Shown in pieces: positions 25,139-32,799 of a DNA stretch of 46,949 nucleotides. The DNA is from Thermoplasmata archaeon (GTDB lineage Archaea > Thermoplasmatota > Thermoplasmata > Lutacidiplasmatales > UBA184), in assembly GCA_021812305.1 (NCBI GenBank), contig JAKAOB010000002.1:1-46949 (forward strand), read 5' to 3'. How positions within the stretch are numbered: position 1 is the stretch's first letter; every line of letters starts with the position of its first letter. The notes under the pieces are model-generated. The model saw only the letters and a program-made list of their open reading frames with translations. It was not told the DNA's origin and did not search any database. The translations under genes were made by a program, and so were the position numbers.

Positions 25139-26629
25139 ATGGCGGACCGCCCGACGGACCCCGCCCTTCTCGAGGAGATCCACCGCCGCGTCCCGGTCGG
25201 GATCCTCACCATGGGCCCCGACGGGCGGCTCACCTCGGCCAACCCGAACGCGCGGCGGAGCCTGGCGCTCGGTGACGCGCCGGAAGGGCTCGACCTTCTC
25301 GCGGATCCGCGGGTCCGCACGGCGGGGCTGGACGGTCCGCTTCGCAAGGCCGTCGAGGGAACCCCGACGACCATCCGGGCCGTCTCCTTCGCGCCGGAGC
25401 CCGGTCGCGCCATCACGCTCGACATCGAGCTCGTCCCGATGCCCGGGACCCCGGGCTGGCACCAGGTGCTCGCGATCGTGACGGACGTCACCGAGCGCCT
25501 CAATGTCCAGCGCCGGGCGGAGCTGTTCTACCAATCGTTCCTGCACAGCCACGACGTCATCGAGGTGACGGACCGCCAGGGGGTCCTGGTCGACGTCAAC
25601 CCGGCGTTCGAGCGGGTCTACGGCTACTCGCGCGAGGAGGTCGTGGGCTCGAAGCCCCGCATCGTCCGCAGCCCGCGGACGCCGGACGACGTCTACCAGC
25701 GCCTCTGGAACGAGATCCTCGACCCGAAGAAGGGGCGCTGGTCGGGGGAGATCGTCAACATCGATCGCCAGGGGCGCGAGCACCCGATCCTCCTCTCGAT
25801 CGACGCCATCCGCAACGCGGCCGGCGAGATCACGCATTTCATCGGCGTCGCCACGGACCTCTCCGAGCAGAAGTCGTTCGAGCGCCAGGTCGCCCGGGCG
25901 GACCGGCTCGCGTCGATCGGCCAGCTCGCCGCGGGGGTGGCCCACGAGCTCAACACGCCGCTGGCCAACATCATGCTCATCGCCGAGAGCCTGCACCGGC
26001 GCGCCCCGAGCCCGTGGGTCCAGGGCCGGGCCGACGCGCTCATGAAGCAGGTCGATGCCGCGAGCCGCATCGTCCACGGCCTCCTCGACTTCTCGCGCAA
26101 CTACCCGCCGAGGGTCGACGAGGTCGACCTCACGGAGATCGCGGCCGAGGCCGTGTCGTTCGCGCGGGGCAAGCAGTCGATGGACATCGAGGTCGTCGAG
26201 CACTACGAGGTCGCCTCCCTGCCGGTCCGGGGGGACCGTCTGGAGCTCCTCCAGGTCTTCGTCAACCTCATCAACAACGCCTACGACGCGATGGAGGGCA
26301 AAGGGACGCTCACGATCTCCTCCGGGGTCGCCGAGGGGCTCGCCGAGGTGAGCATCACCGACACGGGCCCGGGGATCCCGCCGTCGATCCTCCCGCGGAT
26401 CTTCGAGCCGTTCTTCACCACCAAGACCGACGGGAAGGGCACCGGCCTCGGGCTCGCGATCTGCCACGGGATCGTCCGGGCCCACGGGGGGGTCATCGAC
26501 GTCGCGACGGAGCTCGGGCGCGGCGCCCGGTTCACGGTCCGTCTCCCGATCGTCCCCGGTCGCGCCCCACCGGAGCCCGCGGAGGGGGCGGCGGCCCGCG
26601 GGTCACTCGCTGCGGACGAGGTCCGCTAG
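25139..26629 (+). CDS. PAS-domain sensor histidine kinase (soluble)
   Basis: Two PAS-like segments. H-box AAGVAHELNTPL. N-box NLINNAYDA. G1 DTGPGIP. G2 GTGLGLAI. Confidence 0.9.
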   Translation: MADRPTDPALLEEIHRRVPVGILTMGPDGRLTSANPNARRSLALGDAPEGLDLLADPRVRTAGLDGPLRKAVEGTPTTIRAVSFAPEPGRAITLDIELVPMPGTPGWHQVLAIVTDVTERLNVQRRAELFYQSFLHSHDVIEVTDRQGVLVDVNPAFERVYGYSREEVVGSKPRIVRSPRTPDDVYQRLWNEILDPKKGRWSGEIVNIDRQGREHPILLSIDAIRNAAGEITHFIGVATDLSEQKSFERQVARADRLASIGQLAAGVAHELNTPLANIMLIAESLHRRAPSPWVQGRADALMKQVDAASRIVHGLLDFSRNYPPRVDEVDLTEIAAEAVSFARGKQSMDIEVVEHYEVASLPVRGDRLELLQVFVNLINNAYDAMEGKGTLTISSGVAEGLAEVSITDTGPGIPPSILPRIFEPFFTTKTDGKGTGLGLAICHGIVRAHGGVIDVATELGRGARFTVRLPIVPGRAPPEPAEGAAARGSLAADEVR

Positions 26630-26944
26630 GCCCGTCGGCTCCTCGTGGGTCCCCGAGCGCAGGAGCGCCCGGGTGACGTCACCGTGCCGCACGAACCCGA
26701 CGAGGTGGCCTTCCTCCACGACGGGGAGCCACTCGAGCCCGCAGGCGTGGAAGAGCCGCTCGGCGTCGCCGATCAGGGTATCGGGGTCCAGGGCCGGCGG
26801 GGGAGGGTGCATGAGCCGCCGGACCCGGTCCGGGTCGGCGCACGCCCCCGCGGGGGCCGGGCCGGGCGCCCGCGCGAGCGCCCCGGCCCTCAGGAGCGCG
26901 GAGATGAAGGCGTCGCCATCGGCGGCTCGCTCCGCGCGGACCAC
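26603..26944 (-). CDS. CBS-domain protein (single CBS motif)
   Basis: VRRLMHPPPPALDPDTLIGDAERLFHACGLEWLPVVEEGHLVGFVRHGDVTRAL. GTG start. Its 3' end overlaps the kinase 3' end by 27 nt (convergent). Confidence 0.6.
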   Translation of the reverse strand: MVRAERAADGDAFISALLRAGALARAPGPAPAGACADPDRVRRLMHPPPPALDPDTLIGDAERLFHACGLEWLPVVEEGHLVGFVRHGDVTRALLRSGTHEEPTGLADLVRSE

Positions 26945-27004
26945 GACCGTCGCTGTCGGCCGGGGCTACTTGAACCCCAAGTCAAGGCCGGCTGACCTCA
27001 GGGG

Positions 27005-27014
27005 TCTTAAATCC
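27005..27014 (+). promoter_or_regulatory. TATA box for the response regulator
   Basis: TCTTAAATCC, 22-31 nt upstream of ATG 27036. Confidence 0.5.
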
Positions 27015-27035
27015 CGGGGCCCCCGTGCGGGCGGC

Positions 27036-28088
27036 ATGCGGATCCTCGTGGTCGACGACGACGCGACGTTCCGGGAGGAGGTCTCGGAATTCTTGGCCGA
27101 GCAGGGCCACGACGTCGCGGTGGCCCCGTCGGCGCACCGGGCCCTCGATTACCTCCAGGGCGAGGAGCGGGACGTCGTCTTCACCGACCTCAAGATGCCC
27201 CGCCAGAGCGGCCTCGACCTCCTCAAGGAGGTCCGGCGGCAGTGGCCGCGTACGTACGTCGTCGTCGTCACCGGCTTTGCCACGGTCCCCACGGCCGTCG
27301 AGGCGATGAAGCTCGGGGCGTTCGAGTACATCCAAAAGCCGTTCCGGTCCGAGCAGGTCCTGTCGGTCCTCCACCTCATCGAGGAGGAACAGCGCTACGC
27401 CGGCGGCGCCCTCCCGCCCCGCGAGGCGGTGGCGCTCGCACGGACGCTCCATCGCGAGCAGGGGATCGCGATCCTCCTCCTCACCTCCCCGCCGGTCCCG
27501 GCGGGCGACGGGATCGAGGTCCGGCCGTTCGACGGCACCGAGCCGGCGCTCGCCCGCGACGAGGTCGAGGCGTTCCTCCGCGACCACGAGCGGGGCGGCG
27601 TCGTCATCGCGCATGCGGAGCGGATGCTCGCGAACCATCGGCTGGACGACATTCTCGAGCTGCTGGCCGATCTCCGCGAGCGCCTGCGCGGGCGCGGCCC
27701 GTTCGCCCTCGGGCTCGACCCCGCCCACCTGTCGAACGTCCAGGCGGAGGCCCTGCGGGCCGTGATGGTCGCCGAGGAGGTCCACGGGGCCATCGAGGCG
27801 CTCTCGAGCCCGATCCGACGCCGGGTGCTCCTGCGCCTGCACGACGGGCCGGCGCCGTTCAGCGACGTGATGCACGCCGCCGAGCTCGACGACTCGCCGA
27901 AGATGTCGTTCCATCTCCATCGGCTCGTGGACGAGGGGCTGATCTCCCACGCCAACGAGGTCTACCGGCTCACCCCGAAGGGCCAGGGGGCGGTCGACGT
28001 CCTTCGTTCGATGGAGCGGCTCGCCGCCGGCCGCACGGGGGAGGCGCTCGTCTTCCAGCCCCCGCTGCACGCGGGCCCGCACGCCTGA
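27036..28088 (+). CDS. response regulator: receiver + DUF835-like middle domain + ArsR-type wHTH
   Basis: MRILVVDDD...FTDLKMP...VVVTGF...KLGAFEYIQKPF (REC). AHAERMLANHRLDDILELLADLRERL (DUF835-like). SSPIRRRVLLRL...HLHRLVDEGLIS...YRLTPKG (wHTH). TATA box at 27005-27014. Confidence 0.85.
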   Translation: MRILVVDDDATFREEVSEFLAEQGHDVAVAPSAHRALDYLQGEERDVVFTDLKMPRQSGLDLLKEVRRQWPRTYVVVVTGFATVPTAVEAMKLGAFEYIQKPFRSEQVLSVLHLIEEEQRYAGGALPPREAVALARTLHREQGIAILLLTSPPVPAGDGIEVRPFDGTEPALARDEVEAFLRDHERGGVVIAHAERMLANHRLDDILELLADLRERLRGRGPFALGLDPAHLSNVQAEALRAVMVAEEVHGAIEALSSPIRRRVLLRLHDGPAPFSDVMHAAELDDSPKMSFHLHRLVDEGLISHANEVYRLTPKGQGAVDVLRSMERLAAGRTGEALVFQPPLHAGPHA

Positions 28089-28160
28089 TCGCGCGGAGAG
28101 CGCCCCCGCGGCGGGTCCGTGCGGCGCACTCTTGATTAGCCGGAGCGCCGATGCTCCCGC

Positions 28161-29663
28161 GTGGCCGGCCGCGCAGCCCCGGGGTCCGTCCCGGAGCTCC
28201 GGGCCGCCCTCGCCGAGACCGGGGCGATCGGGTCGACGCTCCGCCAGCTCGCGGGACGGCTTTCCCAGCCCCTTCCCCGGGTCCGGCACGACCTGCACGC
28301 CCTGCGGGCCGCCGGGGACGTGCTGGAGATGGGCCGGGGGCTCTGGATCCTCCGGGACTTCGAGCGGCTGGAGCGCCGGGAGGACTTCGTGGACCCCGCG
28401 GAGTACGTCGAGCGATTCCTCCGCGACGGCGGCGTGGCGCTGGGCACGTACCGCGGTCCGATCACGTTCTCCTCGAACGAGCGGCTCGCCGTGCACCGGT
28501 GGTGGCCGTACGTCCAGGGCTATTCCGCCGAGTTCGTCCGCGGGCTCCTCGACCGGTCCGGCCTCGGCCGCGGCGGGACCGTCCTCGACCCGTTCGCGGG
28601 GAGCGGCACGACGCTCGTCGAGGCCCGCCGGGCCGGTCAGCGGGCGCTCGGGGTGGAGATCCTGCCGCCCGCGGCCCTCGCGGCCCGCGTCAAGACGCGG
28701 TTCGAGCTCGACGGATCGTCGCTCGCGGCGAGCGCGGAGGGCGTGCTGGCCCGGGCCCGGACGCGTCCCACGGGGGACCTGCCGTTCCTTCGGGAGACCC
28801 CGCGACAGTTCGCGCCGCGGGTGCTGGCCGACCTCACCCGTCTGCGCGACGCCCTGCCTCCGGAAGGTCGGCCGAGCGATGAGGCGCTGCGCCTGGCCTT
28901 CGGCAAGATCCTCATCCCGGTGAGCCGGCTCCGGCGCTCCCCCTGTCTCGGCTACGGGGGGCCCGACCGCCCGGAACGCGACGTCTTTCACGAGTTCGAC
29001 TCCGCGGTCGCGCGGATGCGGGAGGATCTCCGTGCGCTGCAGGCCGAGCGGCCGGACTGGGGGCCGCCGGCCCGAGTGTACACGGGCGACGCGCGCCGCC
29101 TCCGGCTCCCCCCGGCCTCCGTCGATCTGGCCGTCACGAGCCCTCCGTACGTGAACGGGATGGACTACGTGACCAACTACAAGCTGGACCTCGCCTGGCT
29201 CGGGTACGCCTCGAGCTATCCGGACCTGGTCGCGTTCCGTCGGGCCATGATCGCCTGCGACAACCTCCCCCGCGGGGACTCCGACGCCTTCCTTTCCCCG
29301 GCGCGCCTGCCGGATCCCTGGCTCGAGGAGATCCTCGGACGGATCCGCCGGAACGTCGAGCAAAAAGGGACCTACCGCCGCAACGATGTGCACGGGATCG
29401 TGCTGCGGTACTTCCTCGACCTCCTCGCCGTGCTCCGCCGGACGTTCCGGGCCCTGCGGCCCGGGGGCGGGTTCGTCCTCGTGGTCGGCGACTCCCTCCT
29501 GGCCGGGACGTATGTCCCGGGCGACCTTCTGACGGCGCGGCTCGGCGCCCGGGTCGGCTTCGAGATCGGGTCGGTCGAGGTGGCGCGCGAGCGGCGATCC
29601 GGTCAGCGCCGGAGCTTCCGGCTCCGCGAGTCGATCGTCACGCTCCGTCGCCCGCGCGGCTGA
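28161..29663 (+). CDS. DNA (N4-cytosine or N6-adenine) methyltransferase with an N-terminal wHTH
   Basis: Motif I VLDPFAGSGTTLVEA at about aa 141-155. Motif IV TSPPYVNGMDY at about aa 326-336. N-terminal LRQLAGRLSQPLPRVRHDLHALRAAGDVLE is wHTH-like. GTG start. Confidence 0.85.
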   Translation: MAGRAAPGSVPELRAALAETGAIGSTLRQLAGRLSQPLPRVRHDLHALRAAGDVLEMGRGLWILRDFERLERREDFVDPAEYVERFLRDGGVALGTYRGPITFSSNERLAVHRWWPYVQGYSAEFVRGLLDRSGLGRGGTVLDPFAGSGTTLVEARRAGQRALGVEILPPAALAARVKTRFELDGSSLAASAEGVLARARTRPTGDLPFLRETPRQFAPRVLADLTRLRDALPPEGRPSDEALRLAFGKILIPVSRLRRSPCLGYGGPDRPERDVFHEFDSAVARMREDLRALQAERPDWGPPARVYTGDARRLRLPPASVDLAVTSPPYVNGMDYVTNYKLDLAWLGYASSYPDLVAFRRAMIACDNLPRGDSDAFLSPARLPDPWLEEILGRIRRNVEQKGTYRRNDVHGIVLRYFLDLLAVLRRTFRALRPGGGFVLVVGDSLLAGTYVPGDLLTARLGARVGFEIGSVEVARERRSGQRRSFRLRESIVTLRRPRG

Positions 29664-29705
29664 CGGGGGGAAGGTTCTTTTCCGAGCGGCCGTTCGGCCC
29701 GGTGG

Positions 29706-29999
29706 ATGTTCTGTCCGGTCTGCGGCCGAGCGATGGCGGGGCCCGCGAACCCGGCCGTCGCCTACCCGGTCTTCGTCTGCGCGGCCGACGGGGTCATCTT
29801 CGACCAGCGGCGCGCCGAGTGGCACGGCATGCCGGAGGTCCGCGACCGCCTCTGCTGCCCGGCGTGCGGCGCTCCGATGGAGCGCGAGCCGAAGGATCCG
29901 CCCGCCCGCATGTTCCTCTGCTACCAGTGCGGGACGACCTACGACCGCACGCGCGCGGTGTGGTACGGCCTCGCCTACCACGCGGCCGGCCCCGCGTGA
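29706..29999 (+). CDS. small double zinc-ribbon protein (internally duplicated)
   Basis: 97 aa with third-position GC above 90 percent. Two repeats of CPxCGxxM-x(12-15)-FxCxxxG-xx(F/Y)D-xxRAxW(H/Y)G. Confidence 0.7.
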   Translation: MFCPVCGRAMAGPANPAVAYPVFVCAADGVIFDQRRAEWHGMPEVRDRLCCPACGAPMEREPKDPPARMFLCYQCGTTYDRTRAVWYGLAYHAAGPA

Positions 30000-30066
30000 G
30001 CCCGTCGTGCCACTGGACGAAAACCCTTACCTAATCCCGGGCCGGTGGATCGCCCGCGGGGACCCG

Positions 30067-30810
30067 ATGCCGAACGACGGCGAACCCGACTACGTCGAGC
30101 CGATCCTCGGGATCGTCTTCGACCTGGACGGGACGCTCGTCGTGAGCCGCCACGACTTCGACCGCATGCGCCGGGAGGTCATCGCGACGGCCGTCCGCCA
30201 CGGGGCCGATCCCGGCGCCCTGTCGCCGAAGGAGCCGGTCGCCCGCCTCTTCGAGGCGGTCCGCTCCGATCTGACCTCGCGCGGGAGGCCCGAGGGCGAC
30301 CTCTACCGGTTCGAGGCCGAGGCGAACCGGGCGATCGACGCGATCGAGATGGAGGCACTGCCGCGGACGACGGTGCGCGACGGCGCCGCGCCCCTCCTCG
30401 CCCACCTCTCCGAGCGCGGATACCGTCTCGGCCTTCTCACCCGCAGCGCCGAGCCGTTCGTGCGCGCCGCCCTCGCCCGGACCTCGCTCGCCGAGTACTT
30501 CCCGTACCTCCGGACCCGCAGCGCCCCGGGGCCGGCCAAACCGTCGCCCGAGGCGCTGTTCCTTCTCCTGAGCGAGATGGGGGTTCCCCCGGACCGCGCC
30601 CTGTTCGTCGGGGACCACCTGATCGATGCCGAGTGCGCGACGCGGGCCCGCGTCCACTTCTACGCGCTGCTGCCGGTGCCGGGCGACGACAACGGGATGA
30701 CGCGCGAGCGGTTCCTCGCCGCCGGGGCCGCCGCCGTCGCCGAGGACCTCCCGGACCTCGGCCGCATGCTCGGTCTCCCGGCGCGGGGCCCGTCCGCGCG
30801 GCCGGCCTGA
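30067..30810 (+). CDS. HAD-superfamily phosphatase
   Basis: IVFDLDGTLV (motif I), LGLLTRS (motif II) and FVGDHLIDAE (motif IV). I prefer ATG 30067; the track ORF begins at GTG 30007. Confidence 0.8.
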   Translation: MPNDGEPDYVEPILGIVFDLDGTLVVSRHDFDRMRREVIATAVRHGADPGALSPKEPVARLFEAVRSDLTSRGRPEGDLYRFEAEANRAIDAIEMEALPRTTVRDGAAPLLAHLSERGYRLGLLTRSAEPFVRAALARTSLAEYFPYLRTRSAPGPAKPSPEALFLLLSEMGVPPDRALFVGDHLIDAECATRARVHFYALLPVPGDDNGMTRERFLAAGAAAVAEDLPDLGRMLGLPARGPSARPA

Positions 30811-30818
30811 CCCGGACG

Positions 30819-30828
30819 GTTATATCGG
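30819..30828 (+). promoter_or_regulatory. TATA-like box for sixA
   Basis: GTTATATCGG, 23-32 nt upstream of GTG 30851. Confidence 0.45.
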
Positions 30829-30850
30829 GGCGTTCCCGCCGGGGGGAACG

Positions 30851-31357
30851 GTGCAGGTGGTCCTCGTCCGCCACGGGCCGGCCGCCCCCCGGGACCCTCA
30901 GCGGTGGCCCGACGACGAGCTCCGCCCCCTCACCCGTGAGGGCCGGTCGCTCGCGCGCGCCGCCGCACGGGGCCTCCAGCGCGCCGGGGTCCAACGCCCC
31001 TGGATCGCGTCGAGCCCGCTCGCCCGGGCGCGGGCCACGGCCGAGATCGTGGCGGGGGTCCTCGACGCCGACGGGTCCATCGAGACCTGGCCGGAGCTCC
31101 GGCCCGAGGGGACCGGTGCGGCCGTCCTCCGGCGCCTCGCCTCCCGGCGCGCGCGCGAGGGCCCCCGGCTCCTCGTCGGGCACGAGCCGAACCTCGGTCT
31201 TTTGGCCGGGCTCCTCCTCTCCGGCGAGGAGGTCCGACCCTTCCGCCTCGCGAAGTCGGGCGCGGCGCGCCTCTCCCTCCCGCGTCGGATCGCCCCCGCG
31301 GCGGCGAGCCTCGACTGGCTCCTCACCCGGAAGCAGCTCGTGCGCCTCGGCGAGTAG
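30851..31357 (+). CDS. sixA: phosphohistidine phosphatase SixA-like (histidine phosphatase superfamily)
   Basis: VVLVRHGPA (RHG motif), SSPLARARATAEIV, LVGHEPNLG. GTG start 23-32 nt downstream of a TATA-like box. Confidence 0.8.
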   Translation: MQVVLVRHGPAAPRDPQRWPDDELRPLTREGRSLARAAARGLQRAGVQRPWIASSPLARARATAEIVAGVLDADGSIETWPELRPEGTGAAVLRRLASRRAREGPRLLVGHEPNLGLLAGLLLSGEEVRPFRLAKSGAARLSLPRRIAPAAASLDWLLTRKQLVRLGE

Positions 31358-32084
31358 ACGGCGCCCGCAGGGAGGCCTCCTCCGCCTCCTCGTCGCCGGC
31401 GGCGCGCCCGTAGAGCGGTTGGACGAGCGCGCGGACGTCCCGATGGACGAGCGCGGGCGGCCGGTTCCCGTCGACGGAGCGGAACCCGTACTCCCGGCCC
31501 ATCCAGTCGAACTCCTTGCGCAGGAGGTTCTGGTAGAGGAAGAAGCTCTCGAAGCGGTCCCGCGAGAGCGACAGGTCCATGCCGCTCTCCCAGTAGTCGA
31601 GTGAGCCGTACTTCCCGATCGCCCGGTGGAGGAGGATCTCCGGCTTCGCATCGAGGTAGATCGTGAGGTCCGGGACGACCGCGAACCCGTAGAGCCGCCG
31701 GGCCCAGTCGCGGGAGGCGCCCCGCACGACCGCCCGCGCCATGAGGGTGTAGATATAGCGGTCGGCCAGGACCGTCGAGCCGGCCGCCAGGGACGGGAGG
31801 ATCTTGTTCTCGAGCTGATCGGCGAAGTCCGCGGCGTACATGAGCGCCATCGTGGTGGCGGCGAGGGTGTGTCCCTGCTTCGCCTGCGCGATCTGCTCGC
31901 CGACGAGCGTCGAGCGGCGAAGGCCGGTGTCGACGACGGGGTGGCCGCGGATCTCGAGCCACTCCCGCAGCAGCTCGGCCTCCGTGGTCCGACCCGAGCC
32001 GTCGGCGCCCTCCAGGACGATCAGGCGGCCGCGGTAGTGCTCCTTCGACAGCCCCGGGAGGGGCGTGCCGTAGGTCCTACGCAT
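31323..32084 (-). CDS. thymidylate-kinase-like P-loop protein B (Walker A Lys replaced by Arg)
   Basis: LIVLEGADGSGRTTEAELL, ADRYIYT (DRY box), LDYWESGMDLSLSRD. Its ATG overlaps the stop of the upstream paralogue by 8 nt (CATGCGTAG). Confidence 0.8.
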   Translation of the reverse strand: MRRTYGTPLPGLSKEHYRGRLIVLEGADGSGRTTEAELLREWLEIRGHPVVDTGLRRSTLVGEQIAQAKQGHTLAATTMALMYAADFADQLENKILPSLAAGSTVLADRYIYTLMARAVVRGASRDWARRLYGFAVVPDLTIYLDAKPEILLHRAIGKYGSLDYWESGMDLSLSRDRFESFFLYQNLLRKEFDWMGREYGFRSVDGNRPPALVHRDVRALVQPLYGRAAGDEEAEEASLRAPSTRRGARAASG

Positions 32085-32799
32085 GGACGAGCGCCTCCGT
32101 CCGCGGGAGGCCCGCGAGGAGGGGGCGGATCTCCCGGCGGACGACGTGGAGGACCTCCTCGATCGGCCGGTCGGCCGGGATCACGACGAGCGGGTCGGTG
32201 TCGGCGAGCCGGTCGTAGGCGCGCTTGAGCCGCCCCTGGAACCGCTCGTAGCTCTCGATGAGGTCGTCGGCGAGGCCGAGGTCCATGCCGGCCTCGTAGT
32301 AGGAGATCTTCTGGCGCGAGGCGAGCTTGCGCTTGAGGGACGTCTCGACCGTCACGCGGAAGTAGAACGTCTTGTCCGGGAGCGGGGCGAACCCGTAGAG
32401 GTTCCGCACCCAGCCCGGATCGCAGCCCCGGACGGTGTCCCGAGCGAAGGCCGTGTAGACGTAGCGGTCGCACACCACGATGTACCCCGCGCGCAGGGGC
32501 GGGAGGATGTGCCGCTCGAACCGATCGGCGAAGTCCGTGGCGTGGAGGAGCGAGAAGGTGGTGGGCGTGAGCAGTCCCTTCTTCTTTCCCTTCCGGATGG
32601 TCTCCGAGACGAGCTCGGAGGAGTTCCATTCGGTGAAGAAGACCCGGTAGCCTCTCGACTGGAGCCACTTGACGAGGAGCCGCGCCTGGGTCGACTTCCC
32701 GCTCCCGTCGAGCCCCTCGAAGACGACGAGGCGGCCGAGCCCGGTGGGCTTCGGGATCGGCGACGCGACGGCGGCCCGGCGATCGGGCGCGGACGGCTC
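32077..32799 (-). CDS. thymidylate-kinase-like P-loop protein A (5' boundary unresolved)
   Basis: My translation upstream of track ORF 32077..32478 reads ...PIPKPTGLGRLVVFEGLDGSGKSTQARLLVKWLQSRGYRVFFTEWNSSELVSETIRKGKKKGLLTPTTFSLLHATDFADRFERHILPPLRAGYIVVCDRYVYT... The Walker A sits about 220 nt upstream of the first canonical start (GTG 32478). The frame is open right up to the ppx stop. Confidence 0.75.
   Translation of the reverse strand, partial: EPSAPDRRAAVASPIPKPTGLGRLVVFEGLDGSGKSTQARLLVKWLQSRGYRVFFTEWNSSELVSETIRKGKKKGLLTPTTFSLLHATDFADRFERHILPPLRAGYIVVCDRYVYTAFARDTVRGCDPGWVRNLYGFAPLPDKTFYFRVTVETSLKRKLASRQKISYYEAGMDLGLADDLIESYERFQGRLKRAYDRLADTDPLVVIPADRPIEEVLHVVRREIRPLLAGLPRTEALVHA

Noticed and set aside
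28089-30000. The methyltransferase as part of a classical restriction-modification system.
   Set aside because: No endonuclease-like ORF (PD-(D/E)xK, HNH or GIY-YIG signatures) lies adjacent on either strand. Only the small zinc-ribbon protein follows.
32077-32079. TAG as a sense (pyrrolysine) codon, considered because some Thermoplasmatota methanogens use Pyl.
   Set aside because: TAG terminates many well-delimited genes here (tfs, rpoL, the helicase, the kinase, carB, Tmk-like A, wHTH paralogue 2), so it behaves as an ordinary stop. No mtmB-type context is present.
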